From the NCBI RefSeq assembly GCF_041886205.1, contig NZ_CP169029.1: a DNA stretch of 64,000 nucleotides. One strand, given 5' to 3'. The notes under the pieces were generated by a model. It saw only the letters and a program-made list of their open reading frames with translations. It was not told the DNA's origin and did no database searches. Shown piece by piece: positions 31,452 to 45,415 of the stretch (the first letter of the stretch is position 1; every line of letters begins with the position of its first letter). A program made the translations under genes and the position numbers. This stretch comes from Escherichia coli (lineage in GTDB: Bacteria; Pseudomonadota; Gammaproteobacteria; Enterobacterales; Enterobacteriaceae).

Positions 31452-33041
31452 ATGCAACAACGTCGTCCAGTCCGCCGCGCTCTGCTCAGTGTTTCTGACA
31501 AAGCCGGTATCGTCGAATTCGCCCAGGCACTTTCCGCACGCGGTGTGGAGCTGCTGTCTACAGGGGGCACTGCCCGTCTGTTAGCAGAAAAAGGTCTGCC
31601 GGTAACCGAAGTTTCCGATTACACCGGTTTCCCGGAGATGATGGATGGACGCGTGAAGACCCTGCATCCGAAAGTACATGGTGGCATTCTGGGCCGTCGC
31701 GGCCAGGACGATGCCATTATGGAAGAACATCAGATCCAGCCTATCGATATGGTGGTTGTTAACCTGTATCCGTTCGCCCAGACCGTGGCCCGTGAAGGTT
31801 GCTCGCTGGAAGATGCGGTTGAGAACATCGATATCGGCGGCCCAACGATGGTGCGCTCCGCCGCCAAGAACCATAAAGATGTCGCAATCGTGGTGAAGAG
31901 CAGCGACTATGACGCCATTATTAAAGAGATGGATGACAACGAAGGATCGCTGACGCTTGCAACCCGTTTCGACCTCGCCATCAAAGCCTTCGAACACACT
32001 GCCGCCTACGACAGCATGATTGCCAACTACTTCGGCAGCATGGTTCCGGCTTACCACGGTGAAAGCAAAGAAGCCGCCGGTCGCTTCCCACGCACGCTGA
32101 ACCTGAACTTCATTAAGAAGCTGGATATGCGTTACGGCGAGAACAGCCACCAGCAGGCTGCCTTCTATATAGAAGAGAATGTGAAAGAAGCCTCCGTTGC
32201 TACCGCAACCCAGGTTCAGGGTAAAGCCCTCTCTTATAACAACATCGCCGATACCGATGCGGCGCTGGAGTGCGTGAAAGAGTTCGCCGAGCCGGCATGT
32301 GTGATTGTGAAGCACGCCAACCCTTGCGGCGTGGCTATCGGCAATTCCATTCTTGATGCTTACGATCGCGCGTACAAAACCGACCCAACCTCCGCATTCG
32401 GCGGCATCATTGCCTTTAACCGCGAGCTGGATGCGGAAACCGCACAGGCCATCATTTCTCGTCAGTTTGTCGAAGTGATTATTGCGCCGTCCGCCAGCGA
32501 AGAAGCCCTGAAAATCACCGCCGCCAAACAGAACGTACGCGTTCTGACCTGCGGTCAGTGGGGCGAGCGTGTTCCGGGCCTCGATTTCAAACGCGTGAAC
32601 GGCGGTCTGCTGGTTCAGGATCGTGACCTGGGGATGGTCGGTGCGGAAGAACTGCGCGTGGTGACCAAACGTCAGCCGAGCGAACAGGAACTGCGTGATG
32701 CGCTGTTCTGCTGGAAGGTGGCGAAGTTTGTGAAATCCAACGCTATCGTCTATGCCAAAAACAATATGACTATCGGCATTGGCGCGGGCCAGATGAGCCG
32801 CGTGTACTCCGCAAAAATCGCCGGTATTAAAGCGGCCGATGAAGGCCTGGAAGTGAAAGGTTCCTCGATGGCTTCTGACGCGTTCTTCCCGTTCCGCGAC
32901 GGTATTGATGCCGCCGCCGCTGCGGGCGTGACCTGCGTAATCCAGCCTGGCGGTTCTATCCGTGATGACGAAGTGATTGCCGCCGCCGACGAGCACGGTA
33001 TTGCGATGCTCTTCACCGACATGCGCCACTTCCGCCATTAA
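31452..33041 (+). CDS. purH: Bifunctional AICAR transformylase / IMP cyclohydrolase
   Basis: 529-aa [30 protein letters not shown]... Confidence 0.97.
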
Positions 33042-33052
33042 TGGAGCAATAG

Positions 33053-34342
33053 ATGAAAGTATTAGTGATTGGTAACGGCGGGCGCGAGCACGCGCTGGCC
33101 TGGAAAGCGGCCCAGTCGCCGCTGGTTGAGACTGTTTTTGTTGCTCCGGGTAATGCAGGCACTGCACTGGAACCCGCGCTGCAAAACGTTGCTATTGGCG
33201 TGACCGATATCCCGGCGCTGTTGGATTTCGCACAAAACGAAAAGATTGATCTGACCATCGTCGGCCCGGAAGCGCCGCTGGTGAAAGGCGTGGTCGATAC
33301 CTTCCGCGCCGCCGGGCTGAAAATCTTCGGCCCAACCGCAGGTGCGGCCCAACTGGAAGGCTCAAAAGCGTTTACCAAAGATTTCCTGGCCCGCCATAAG
33401 ATCCCTACGGCGGAATACCAGAACTTCACCGAGGTAGAACCTGCGCTGGCGTATCTGCGTGAGAAAGGCGCGCCAATCGTCATTAAAGCGGACGGTCTGG
33501 CTGCCGGGAAAGGCGTTATCGTGGCGATGACGCTGGAAGAAGCGGAAGCGGCTGTTCACGATATGCTGGCGGGCAACGCTTTTGGCGACGCGGGTCATCG
33601 CATCGTTATCGAAGAGTTCCTCGATGGCGAAGAAGCGAGCTTTATCGTGATGGTGGACGGCGAGCATGTGCTGCCGATGGCTACCAGCCAGGATCACAAA
33701 CGCGTAGGCGATAAAGATACCGGACCAAACACCGGCGGGATGGGCGCTTACTCCCCCGCGCCGGTAGTAACCGATGACGTTCATCAGCGCACCATGGAAC
33801 GTATTATCTGGCCAACCGTGAAAGGCATGGCGGCGGAAGGCAACACCTACACCGGTTTTCTCTACGCGGGCCTGATGATCGACAAACAGGGCAATCCGAA
33901 GGTTATTGAATTTAACTGCCGCTTTGGCGATCCGGAAACCCAGCCGATTATGCTGCGCATGAAGTCCGATCTGGTTGAGCTCTGCCTGGCGGCCTGTGAA
34001 AGCAAACTGGACGAGAAAACGTCCGAGTGGGATGAACGCGCTTCTCTCGGCGTGGTGATGGCTGCGGGTGGATATCCGGGTGATTACCGCACCGGTGACG
34101 TGATCCACGGCCTGCCGCTGGAAGAAGTGGCAGGCGGCAAAGTGTTCCACGCGGGCACAAAACTGGCGGATGACGAGCAGGTAGTGACCAACGGCGGGCG
34201 CGTACTGTGCGTCACCGCGCTGGGTCATACCGTGGCAGAAGCGCAGAAACGCGCCTATGCCTTAATGACCGATATCCACTGGGACGACTGCTTCTGCCGG
34301 AAAGATATCGGCTGGCGCGCTATCGAACGCGAGCAGAACTAA
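33053..34342 (+). CDS. purD: Phosphoribosylamine-glycine ligase
   Basis: 429-aa ORF MKVLVIGNGGREHALAWKAAQSPLVETVFVAPGNAG... Confidence 0.97.
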   Translation: MKVLVIGNGGREHALAWKAAQSPLVETVFVAPGNAGTALEPALQNVAIGVTDIPALLDFAQNEKIDLTIVGPEAPLVKGVVDTFRAAGLKIFGPTAGAAQLEGSKAFTKDFLARHKIPTAEYQNFTEVEPALAYLREKGAPIVIKADGLAAGKGVIVAMTLEEAEAAVHDMLAGNAFGDAGHRIVIEEFLDGEEASFIVMVDGEHVLPMATSQDHKRVGDKDTGPNTGGMGAYSPAPVVTDDVHQRTMERIIWPTVKGMAAEGNTYTGFLYAGLMIDKQGNPKVIEFNCRFGDPETQPIMLRMKSDLVELCLAACESKLDEKTSEWDERASLGVVMAAGGYPGDYRTGDVIHGLPLEEVAGGKVFHAGTKLADDEQVVTNGGRVLCVTALGHTVAEAQKRAYALMTDIHWDDCFCRKDIGWRAIEREQN

Positions 34343-35664
34343 CGCGACAGTTTTGCCAATAGCGTTTTGCGCGTGATCCCTAACTGACGGGCGGCTTCGG
34401 TTTTGTTGCCGCCCGTTTTCTCCAGCGCCGCCAGAATCACCTCTTTTTCCACTTCCACCAACGGCTGAATATCCTGACTTTGTCCCAGCGGGATCGGCGT
34501 ACTGGCAATCGCCAGCGGCAGCTCGCGTTCGGAAATATATTCCCCGGTCAGCAGCACCACTGCCCGTTCCACCGCGTTTTCCAGCTCACGAATATTTCCC
34601 GGCCAGTCGTAATGAATCAACAGATCCATCGCCTGGGGCGTAAAACCTTTTACCGCCTTGCGATTACGCTCGGCAAAGCGCTGCAGAAAATGGCCAGCCA
34701 GCAGAGGGATATCTTCCCGCCGTTGCCGCAGCGATGGTACTTCAATCGCCACCACATTCAGGCGATAGTAGAGATCCTGGCGAAAACGCCCGGCATTCAC
34801 CTCTGCGGCAAGATCGCGATGGGTCGCCGCAATCAGCCGGACATCAACCGAGATAATCTGGTTGCTACCGACACGCTGAACTTCGCGCTCCTGAATCGCA
34901 CGCAGCAGACGCACCTGCATCATCGGCGAGATATCGCCAATTTCATCGAGAAACAGCGTGCCGCCGTCCGCCTCAACAAAGCGCCCTTCCCGGCGTTTAT
35001 CGGCTCCAGTAAACGCCCCTTTTTCGTGACCGAACAATTCAGATTCCAGCAAGGATTCGTTGAGTGCCGCACAGTTGAGCGTTACCAGCGGTTTTTCGCT
35101 ACGTGCGCTACTGGCGTGAATCGCCCTGGCGACCAGCTCTTTACCGGTGCCGGAATCGCCGTGGATCAGTACCGTGGCTTCCGATGGCGCGACGAGGGCG
35201 ATTTCACTGAGCAGGTGTTGCATCGCCGGGCTTTTACCGACCATACCGAACTGGCTGGCAGTCACCGCAGGTGTTTCAGCATCAATACTGTGCGTATGCG
35301 CGAGCGCTTTTTCCAGCGTCGCCTGTAGGTTATCGAAATCCAGCGGCTTGATGAGATAATCCAGCGCCCCAGTTTTCAGTGCCTCTACCGCCGTCTCGAC
35401 GCTGGAGTACGCAGTCATAATCAGCACCGGAATTGCCGGGTTTAACGCTTTGATCTCTTTCAGCGTGGCGATGCCGTCCATCTCCGCCATTCGCACATCG
35501 CAAAGCACAAGATCAAAAACCTGTTCCCGCACCTGCTCCAACGCCTGTCGCCCGCTGTTCGCCAGCGCGACGTTATAGCCCCAGCCGCGCAGTAAAGCCT
35601 GCAAAATAGTGCAGTGGCTAATGTCATCATCCACCACCAGAATATCGATATTATCGTGCGTCAT
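34339..35664 (-). CDS. zraR: Sigma-54-dependent response regulator ZraR
   Basis: 441-aa ORF with receiver domain, AAA+ sigma-54 activator core (GESGTGKE, GAFTGA) and C-terminal HTH. Confidence 0.93.
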   Translation of the reverse strand: MTHDNIDILVVDDDISHCTILQALLRGWGYNVALANSGRQALEQVREQVFDLVLCDVRMAEMDGIATLKEIKALNPAIPVLIMTAYSSVETAVEALKTGALDYLIKPLDFDNLQATLEKALAHTHSIDAETPAVTASQFGMVGKSPAMQHLLSEIALVAPSEATVLIHGDSGTGKELVARAIHASSARSEKPLVTLNCAALNESLLESELFGHEKGAFTGADKRREGRFVEADGGTLFLDEIGDISPMMQVRLLRAIQEREVQRVGSNQIISVDVRLIAATHRDLAAEVNAGRFRQDLYYRLNVVAIEVPSLRQRREDIPLLAGHFLQRFAERNRKAVKGFTPQAMDLLIHYDWPGNIRELENAVERAVVLLTGEYISERELPLAIASTPIPLGQSQDIQPLVEVEKEVILAALEKTGGNKTEAARQLGITRKTLLAKLSR

Positions 35665-37058
35665 CCTTGTGGGTCCTTACGCGTAATATTGACCGGAAGC
35701 CAGAGGGTGAACGTTGAGCCTTTTCCCTCCTGGCTTGCGACCTGAATTGTACCACCGTGTTGTTCAACAATATTATGCACGACCGCCAGCCCCAATCCGG
35801 TGCCTTCGGCTTTAGTGGTGAAGTACGGAGTGAAGATGGCATCAAGCTGATCTGCCGCAATTCCCTTACCGCTGTCGGTAACGCTGATTTTCACGCCCGC
35901 GCCGCTTTCGCTGGCCGTCACGCTAATCACGCCATGCTGACCAATCGCCTGAATAGCATTGAGATAGAGATTCAACAGGACCTGAGTCAGCCTGTCCGGG
36001 TCGGCCTGAATTTCCGGTAATGTGTCGTTGGCGGTAAAGCGTAACTGGATCTCCCGGCTGTTTGCATCCTGACTTACCAGCTGTAATGAGTGGTTAATCA
36101 GCGTGTTGAGATCCACCGCCTGCAAAGCCAGATGCGTTGGCTTAACCAGTTCCAGCAACTCGCTTACCACGCGGTTTAAACGGTCGACCTCTTTCGCCAT
36201 CACCTGCGCCAGTTGATGCGCTTCTCCCCCTGCAGGCGCGCGCTCGGCAAAGTATTTCGCCAGTCCTTTAATCGAGGAAAGTGGGTTACGGATTTCGTGG
36301 GCAACGCCTGCCGCAAGATGCCCCAGCGCCACCAGCTTCTCTTTGCGCTTCATTTCATCTTGTAGAAGCTGGCGCGAGCGCAGATAGCGGCGATACCAGA
36401 AGAATGACAATACGCTTGCCAGCAAGACCGTCGCCAGGGCGAAGAGGATAATCAGGGTATTGCGCTTTTCCCCACTCTGGGTTGCAACCAGATCACTGGC
36501 ATCAACGGCGATAAAAATAGCCTGTTGTGCATCTACTTGTGGCACAGCTTTGCCGTTACAGCGCGGCATATTGTGCATTCCATGCCGCCAGGGCGCTGAC
36601 ATTGGCTGGAACAAACGATAGACCTCAAGTGCAGGCGTAGTTTCCGTTTTCCCAAGCAGCCGCCAGCGGGAGTTTTCCTCTGGCTTTAATTTCTGCATTT
36701 CATCCGGCGAATAGAGCGCACGCCCGACCTTATCGGGGTCGCTATGAAGAATAATGATGCCCTGCGCATCGGTGACTGCGAACCACAACACTCCCGGCTG
36801 TCCCGCCATCTCTTCCAGAAGCGCCTGTTGCTGTACATGGTGCATTCGCATCCCCATCCCTACGCGGCTTCCCGACTCCAGAGCGCGGATAAGCACATTA
36901 CCTTTTTCCAGTAATGCCTGGCGGTCTGCCTCGCTTGCCCGCCCATAATCACGAATCACAGTTACCGCAAACAATCCCACCAGCCCAACAATGACCACGG
37001 GGAGGATCGCGCTTAACCATTTAGCTAAGGAGTCTTTAGAACGTTGCATAAAATGCAT
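35661..37058 (-). CDS. zraS: Sensor histidine kinase ZraS
   Basis: 465-aa ORF with two TM segments, HAMP-like region and HisKA/HATPase domains (HEIRNPL...GTGLGL); stop overlaps zraR start by 4 nt. Confidence 0.93.
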   Translation of the reverse strand: MHFMQRSKDSLAKWLSAILPVVIVGLVGLFAVTVIRDYGRASEADRQALLEKGNVLIRALESGSRVGMGMRMHHVQQQALLEEMAGQPGVLWFAVTDAQGIIILHSDPDKVGRALYSPDEMQKLKPEENSRWRLLGKTETTPALEVYRLFQPMSAPWRHGMHNMPRCNGKAVPQVDAQQAIFIAVDASDLVATQSGEKRNTLIILFALATVLLASVLSFFWYRRYLRSRQLLQDEMKRKEKLVALGHLAAGVAHEIRNPLSSIKGLAKYFAERAPAGGEAHQLAQVMAKEVDRLNRVVSELLELVKPTHLALQAVDLNTLINHSLQLVSQDANSREIQLRFTANDTLPEIQADPDRLTQVLLNLYLNAIQAIGQHGVISVTASESGAGVKISVTDSGKGIAADQLDAIFTPYFTTKAEGTGLGLAVVHNIVEQHGGTIQVASQEGKGSTFTLWLPVNITRKDPQG

Positions 37059-37089
37059 CTTCTTCTTTGCCTGCTCATCCCTTTCTGAC

Positions 37090-37105
37090 AGCAGAAATCA
37101 TGCCA
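37090..37105 (-). promoter_or_regulatory. Sigma-54 promoter of zraSR
   Basis: Minus-strand TGGCATGATTTCTGCT (GG and GC spaced for -24/-12). Confidence 0.6.
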
Positions 37106-37155
37106 TCTTTTATCAGCGCTTACCCTGCGCTGTAACACAAAGGCTTAAGTTTCAA

Positions 37156-37203
37156 CGAGTAAAAATGACTCGCTACCCGCAGCAGGCGAGTCATTTTTAC
37201 TCG
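37156..37203. promoter_or_regulatory. Paired ZraR enhancer binding sites
   Basis: CGAGTAAAAATGACTCG (37156-37172) and its reverse complement CGAGTCATTTTTACTCG (37187-37203) between the divergent sigma-54 promoters. Confidence 0.65.
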
Positions 37204-37244
37204 TTTATCATGCCAGATTACCCGTCATATCAGCGTTTTATCGT

Positions 37245-37260
37245 TGGCACGGAAGATGCA
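37245..37260 (+). promoter_or_regulatory. Sigma-54 promoter of zraP
   Basis: TGGCACGGAAGATGCA with GG at 37246-37247 and GC at 37258-37259. Confidence 0.65.
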
Positions 37261-37295
37261 ATACCCGAAGTAAGACAACCACTGGAGGATTAACC

Positions 37296-37721
37296 ATGAA
37301 ACGGAACACGAAAATTGCCCTGGTAATGATGGCGCTTTCAGCAATGGCGATGGGATCGACATCTGCATTTGCTCACGGCGGACATGGTATGTGGCAGCAA
37401 AATATAGCGCCCTTGACCAGCGAACAACAAACTACGTGGCAAAAAATCCATAATGACTTTTACGCTCAAAGCAGCGCGCTGCAACAACAGCTAATGGCTA
37501 AGCGTTATGAATACAATGCCCTGTTAGCCGCGAACCCACCGGATAGCAGCAAAATTAACGCGGTCGCCAAAGAGATGGAGAATTTGCGTCAGTCGTTAGA
37601 TGAGTTACGGGTGAAACGGGATATTGCGATGGCTGAAGCGGGTATTCCGCGCGGAGCCGGAATGGGCATGGGCTACGGCGGCTGCGGTGGTGGCGGTCAT
37701 ATGGGTATGGGCCACTGGTAA
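37296..37721 (+). CDS. zraP: Periplasmic zinc-binding chaperone ZraP
   Basis: 141-aa ORF with signal peptide and Gly/Met/His-rich C-terminus (GMGMGYGGCGGGGHMGMGHW). Confidence 0.9.
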   Translation: MKRNTKIALVMMALSAMAMGSTSAFAHGGHGMWQQNIAPLTSEQQTTWQKIHNDFYAQSSALQQQLMAKRYEYNALLAANPPDSSKINAVAKEMENLRQSLDELRVKRDIAMAEAGIPRGAGMGMGYGGCGGGGHMGMGHW

Positions 37722-37722
37722 A

Positions 37723-38424
37723 TCAGAACGTTTTCTCGTTGGGTTGCCAGCGACAGAAATCAGAGTTTGCCACTAACAGTAATTGCGAACCTTCGGGCGC
37801 TTCCAGCCATGCCACGCTGACATCAACAGAAGAGCGGCTCTGGCGGCGCTCGATATGCGCTATCGCCTGCGAATCTAAATCAGGTTTAATGGTTTGCCCT
37901 TCGCAGGTGGTCACGGTCTGTTCCATCGCATGCCAGCGCCCCTGGCGCAGCACGACTCTCCCCTGACGTAAGGCATCGCTAATCTGGCGGATCTGATCAG
38001 CACGATAACGGTATAAATCGATTTGGTCGTTAGAAAGCTGCTGCTTTTCCCCATCGGATTCACGTTGCATAAAGCTCAGATCGCCGCGATCGTCAAAACG
38101 CGCGCGAATATTCACCGGCGGTTTGCTGTAAACATTGATGTTGATGAGCGTAAGGTTATCACCCTGCCAGCGATACTCTCGCGTCGTGGTATCGCCACTG
38201 CGCCACGGGCTAAACACGGCAAGCAGATGCACATTATCGCCGCTGTCTTTTCGCCAGATGCGTACCGCGCCCTGGTCTTCAGCAAATCCACTGGCGGTAA
38301 AGGGAGGAAGTGAAGAGTTGTGGCTACAGGCAGTGAGAAACAGCGCACCTGCCAGCATCAATGATCGACGCCAGAAAGACAAAAGGGGTGAAACCACCCC
38401 TTCGTTAAAACTGTTCACTGCCAC
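37723..38424 (-). CDS. yjaH: Predicted lipoprotein YjaH (DUF1481)
   Basis: ORF with lipobox-like LAGALFLTAC; true start codon uncertain (the ORF track starts at a GTG). Confidence 0.7.
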   Translation of the reverse strand: MAVNSFNEGVVSPLLSFWRRSLMLAGALFLTACSHNSSLPPFTASGFAEDQGAVRIWRKDSGDNVHLLAVFSPWRSGDTTTREYRWQGDNLTLININVYSKPPVNIRARFDDRGDLSFMQRESDGEKQQLSNDQIDLYRYRADQIRQISDALRQGRVVLRQGRWHAMEQTVTTCEGQTIKPDLDSQAIAHIERRQSRSSVDVSVAWLEAPEGSQLLLVANSDFCRWQPNEKTF

Positions 38425-38430
38425 GCAATC

Positions 38431-38703
38431 TTACTTAACTGCGTCTTTCAGTGCCTTGCCAGAAACAAATGCCGGTACGTTAGCTGCGGCAATTTTGATT
38501 TCTTTACCGGTCTGCGGGTTGCGGCCAGTACGCTCAGCGCGGTGGTTCACTTTGAAGGTACCGAAACCAACCAGTTGTACAGCATCGCCTTCTTTCAGAG
38601 ACTCAGTAATTGCAGCCAGAGTGGACTCCAGAGCAGCTTTAGCCTGGGTTTTGGACAGTTCTGCTTTCTCTGCAATTACATCAATCAGTTGAGTCTTGTT
38701 CAT
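38431..38703 (-). CDS. hupA: DNA-binding protein HU-alpha
   Basis: 90-aa [55 protein letters not shown]... Confidence 0.97.
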
Positions 38704-38889
38704 AAGTTATCCTTACAATGTGTTTATCGCTTGCTAAGCATCGAGTGCGACGGAAATGCCAGAATAGCACTCTCCTGCATACACGCACCGATAGCCACTT
38801 TTTTTCGCCCCCCAAATGTAGACCAGACGGGGGGCGAAAGGGAAGACTCCAGGTACGACAAATCAGGCGTTAAATCACGTTTTCTGGTC

Positions 38890-39480
38890 TTATTGCTGAA
38901 AAATTATACCAATATTGCTCTCACCCGCCTCACGCAGGTCTGCCCTAAGGCCTTTTATCAGCTCGATATCGCGTTCTTCGCACTCAGCTAAAAGTCGGAA
39001 TATTTCCCACTGAATGTCCCATTCTTGCTCTACAGCTGGGTTTTCTTTAAGCTCTTCATCGCTCATTTCGCGACCAGCCTGAGTCATTTCCAGCATCGCA
39101 ACGGTCGTGATGGAGGTCTTACTCACTTCCACCGCGTGTTCGAGCGTTTCACCACTCAAACGCGAATGGACCAGTTCACTTAACGCCACGCATGCATCGA
39201 TTGCCGGATAAACGCCGTACAGATCGAAATCGTCGGCTGAAGGAATCGCTTCTTCAAATTTCTCCAGTTGGCTGTCGAAATTTACTTTTGCGTCTTTAAC
39301 GGTCAGCGTTTCCCAGATGAGATCGAGAATGCGACGGTAAATTTGCCCATCACCAAAACCGGTTTGCTGGCAGAACATGGCGTAATTGGGGTACATGCGT
39401 TCGCATAAGCAAGCCATGAAAGTGACATGCTGCCAGCTTTCCAGGCGCTCCAGACGCAGATGAATTGGGTTTTGTAACAT
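38890..39480 (-). CDS. yjaG: YjaG (DUF416 family protein)
   Basis: 196-aa ORF at the conserved position between hupA and nfi. Confidence 0.85.
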   Translation of the reverse strand: MLQNPIHLRLERLESWQHVTFMACLCERMYPNYAMFCQQTGFGDGQIYRRILDLIWETLTVKDAKVNFDSQLEKFEEAIPSADDFDLYGVYPAIDACVALSELVHSRLSGETLEHAVEVSKTSITTVAMLEMTQAGREMSDEELKENPAVEQEWDIQWEIFRLLAECEERDIELIKGLRADLREAGESNIGIIFQQ

Positions 39481-39522
39481 GTTGAGTTCTCAAATACGGA
39501 AATTATCCGCAGTTTACCTGAA

Positions 39523-40194
39523 TTAGGGCTGATTTGCTGTATAGCGCACGAACGCCGGACGTTCCGAGGCCACCGCGTCCGCCCAGCGCGTTGGCTCCGG
39601 CAGACGATAGCCTTTCATGCAGCGTTGTACCCACGCCAGCGCGCTGTCCACGCTGACCCGATGGCCGGTAGCGATAAACAACGGGTTACAGCGCGCTTTG
39701 CTGCGCCAGACCCAGGCCAGCTGCTCGCCTTTATCCATCAGTGGGGCCAGCGCGCCCGGTTCGCTGGAGAGCGGTTCGAATTTACCGCAGAGCCGTTTTT
39801 TCGCCACGCCAATGGTCGGCACATCCACCAATAAGCCAAAATGGCTGGCGACGCCAAGACGGCGAGGATGCGAGATCCCATGACCATCGACAAACACTAA
39901 ATCCGGCTTTTGCGACAGCATCTCCCACGCTGCCAGCAGCGCAGGATATTCGCGGAAGGAAAGAAAACCTGGAATGTAAGGCATGGTGGTGGCGATGCGG
40001 GCAACTTTATACTCCACCAGCTCAAGCGAGGGATATTTCAGCAGCACCATCGCCGCTCGCGTCACTTCTCCGCCCTGCTCAAACCCGACATCGGCTCCGG
40101 CGATCAGATCCGGTGGATCTTTATCGAGTCGATCCTCGCGGATCACAGAAGAAGCCAGTTCGATTTGTTGAGCGCGTAATGACGCGAGATCCAT
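39523..40194 (-). CDS. nfi: Endonuclease V
   Basis: 223-aa product [21 protein letters not shown]..., ATG at 40192-40194, 3 nt after the hemE stop. Confidence 0.93.
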
Positions 40195-40203
40195 AATCAC
40201 TCC

Positions 40204-41268
40204 TTAGCGGTGATATTGTTCAGACAGTCGATGCACTGCCTCCACGAACACGCCAGCATGTTCTGGCGGCACATCCTGATGAATGCCGTGACCAAGGTTA
40301 AAGACATGACCTTCGCCGTGACCGAAACCTGCAAGTATAGTCGCTACTTCTTCTTCAATGCGGGCAGGCGGCGCGTACAGCATCGACGGATCCATATTAC
40401 CCTGCAACGCGACTTTATTGCCCACACGGCGGCGCGCATCGGCGATATCCGTTGTCCAGTCGAGGCCCAACGCATCGCAACCGGTTTCTGCCATCGCTTC
40501 CAGCCACTGTCCGCCGCCTTTGGTAAACAGCGTGACCGGTACGCGGCGACCGTCGTTTTCACGCAGTAAACCATCAACAATTTTATGCATGTAATAGAGC
40601 GAGAACTGTTGATAATCGCGCCCGGTAAGCACACCGCCCCAGGTGTCGAAAATCATCACTGCCTGAGCACCGGCTTTAATCTGCGCATTCAGATACAAAG
40701 TGACGCTTTTCGCCAGTTTATCGAGTAGAGCGTGCAGCGCCTGCGGATCGGCATACATCATTTTTTTGATCACGGTGAACGCTTTGCTGCTGCCGCCTTC
40801 CACCATGTAGGTCGCCAGCGTCCACGGGCTGCCGGAAAAACCAATCAGCGGCACTTCGCCTTTCAGTTCGCGACGAATGGTACGCACCGCGTTCATCACG
40901 TAACCCAGCTCATCTTCCGGGTCCGGAATTGGCAGTTTATCGACGTCGGCTTTGCAGGTGACTGGCGAGGTAAAACGCGGACCTTCTCCGGCTTCAAAAT
41001 AGAGCCCTAACCCCATCGCGTCCGGCACGGTGAGGATATCGGAAAAGAGGATCGCCGCATCCAGCGGGTAGCGACGCAGCGGTTGCAAAGTCACTTCGCA
41101 CGCCAGCTCGGCGTTTTTGCACAGCGACATAAAATCGCCCGCCTGGGCGCGCGTGGCTTTATATTCCGGTAGATAGCGACCCGCCTGGCGCATCATCCAT
41201 ACTGGAGTGACATCAACGGGCTGGCGCAGCAGCGCCCGCAGATAACGATCGTTTTTAAGTTCGGTCAT
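40204..41268 (-). CDS. hemE: Uroporphyrinogen decarboxylase
   Basis: 354-aa [39 protein letters not shown]... Confidence 0.95.
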   Translation of the reverse strand: MTELKNDRYLRALLRQPVDVTPVWMMRQAGRYLPEYKATRAQAGDFMSLCKNAELACEVTLQPLRRYPLDAAILFSDILTVPDAMGLGLYFEAGEGPRFTSPVTCKADVDKLPIPDPEDELGYVMNAVRTIRRELKGEVPLIGFSGSPWTLATYMVEGGSSKAFTVIKKMMYADPQALHALLDKLAKSVTLYLNAQIKAGAQAVMIFDTWGGVLTGRDYQQFSLYYMHKIVDGLLRENDGRRVPVTLFTKGGGQWLEAMAETGCDALGLDWTTDIADARRRVGNKVALQGNMDPSMLYAPPARIEEEVATILAGFGHGEGHVFNLGHGIHQDVPPEHAGVFVEAVHRLSEQYHR

Positions 41269-41307
41269 TTTGGCTGTTCCTTAGTGCGTCAGGCGGTCAG
41301 TGTATCA

Positions 41308-42081
41308 TCACTCATACTCTGCCCGACACATCGCCACAGTATCTTCTATCAGACGGCGCGCTACGGTGCCGGGCGGCGGGAGTAACGGCAAATCGTCATA
41401 GCGATACCAGTTCGCCTCAAGCAATTCTTTCGGGTCGATCACGATGTCGCCGCTGTCATATTCCGCCATAAACGCGGTCATTAAAGACTGAGGAAACGGC
41501 CACGGCTGGGAAGTCACATAACGCAAGTTTTTAACTTTAATTCCGCTCTCTTCCATCACTTCCCGCGCGACCGCCTGCTCGAGGGTTTCGCCCACTTCGA
41601 CGAATCCGGCAAGTACCGTATGGACACCGTTACGATGGCGGGTATGCTGGGCGAGGAGGATCGAATCATCGCGACGGATGGCAACAATAATGCAGGGGGC
41701 GATTTGCGGGTAGTAACGCTCACGGCAATGGCTGCACAGCATCGCCCATTCGGTTTTGCTCGGATACATTTCATGCCCGCAGTAACCACAGTATTTATGC
41801 GATCGGTAAAACTCCGCCAGTTGTACGCCTCGTCCGGCCAGTTGAAACAGCCCAACATCGAGATCAATGACCTGACGTACCGACCCCATATCGTGACGCC
41901 GCTGCTGTTGTACTAACCAAACAGGTTCCCCCTGCCATTCGCCGATTTGTAGTGCGCGCTGACCCACAAGATCGAAATTTGCCGCTTCGCCATATGGCAA
42001 TTCTCCCTTCGGCAACCATAATTTTTGTTCATGGCTGACGACCCACCAGCCGTGATCTAATTTTTCAATTATACGATCCAT
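41308..42081 (-). CDS. nudC: NADH pyrophosphatase (Nudix hydrolase)
   Basis: 257-aa ORF with zinc-ribbon CGYCGH...CSHC and Nudix box ([22 protein letters not shown]). Confidence 0.93.
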
Positions 42082-42175
42082 AGCTCTTGCACTACCTTTG
42101 CATCACTGGCATGTTTAACATGGTTTTTACATTTCTCACTGAGCAGTTTTTGAATACAAACTTGCGGAGTCAATC

Positions 42176-42652
42176 ATGCTTAACCAGCTCGATAACCTGA
42201 CGGAGCGCGTCAGAGGAAGTAACAAACTGGTTGATCGCTGGCTACATGTACGTAAGCATCTGCTCGTGGCTTACTACAATCTGGTTGGCATTAAGCCTGG
42301 CAAAGAATCGTACATGAGGCTAAACGAAAAAGCCCTTGATGATTTTTGTCAGAGCCTGGTCGATTACTTGTCTGCCGGACATTTCAGTATTTATGAGCGC
42401 ATTCTTCATAAGCTGGAAGGCAACGGGCAACTCGCGCGCGCCGCGAAGATTTGGCCGCAACTCGAAGCCAATACTCAACAGATTATGGATTACTACGATT
42501 CCAGTCTGGAAACCGCCATCGATCATGATAATTACCTTGAGTTTCAACAGGTTTTATCTGACATCGGCGAGGCGCTGGAAGCGCGCTTTGTGCTGGAAGA
42601 TAAGCTGATTCTGCTGGTGCTTGACGCCGCCCGCGTCAAACATCCTGCTTGA
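42176..42652 (+). CDS. rsd: Regulator of sigma D (anti-sigma-70)
   Basis: 158-aa ORF MLNQLDNLTERVRGSNKLVDRWLHVRKHLLVAYYNLVG... Confidence 0.9.
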   Translation: MLNQLDNLTERVRGSNKLVDRWLHVRKHLLVAYYNLVGIKPGKESYMRLNEKALDDFCQSLVDYLSAGHFSIYERILHKLEGNGQLARAAKIWPQLEANTQQIMDYYDSSLETAIDHDNYLEFQQVLSDIGEALEARFVLEDKLILLVLDAARVKHPA

Positions 42653-42704
42653 GTTCTGCGCTGTTAACGCGTAATTTACATTCAATGCCCCATTTGCGGG
42701 GCTA

Positions 42705-42800
42705 ATTTCTTGTCGGAGTGCCTTAACTGGCTGAGACCGTTTATTCGGGATCCGCGGAACCTGATCAGGCTAATACCTGCGAAGGGAACAAGAGTTAATC
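42705..42800 (+). promoter_or_regulatory. TPP riboswitch (THI-box) in the thiC leader
   Basis: Conserved THI-box blocks CTGAGA...GGAACCTGATCAGGCTAATACCTGCGAAGGGAACA about 90-180 nt upstream of the thiC ATG. Confidence 0.85.
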
Positions 42801-42881
42801 TGCTATCGCATCGCCCCTGCGGCGATCGTCTCTTGCTTCATCCGTCGTCTGACAAGCCACGTCCTTAACTTTTTGGAATGA

Positions 42882-45407
<2,526 letters not shown>

Positions 45408-45415
<8 letters not shown>

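Noticed and set aside
31581-34228. 528-aa and 288-aa minus-strand ORFs overlapping purH and purD
   Set aside because: Antisense to two clearly recognisable purine-biosynthesis genes; high-GC shadow ORFs with no independent support.
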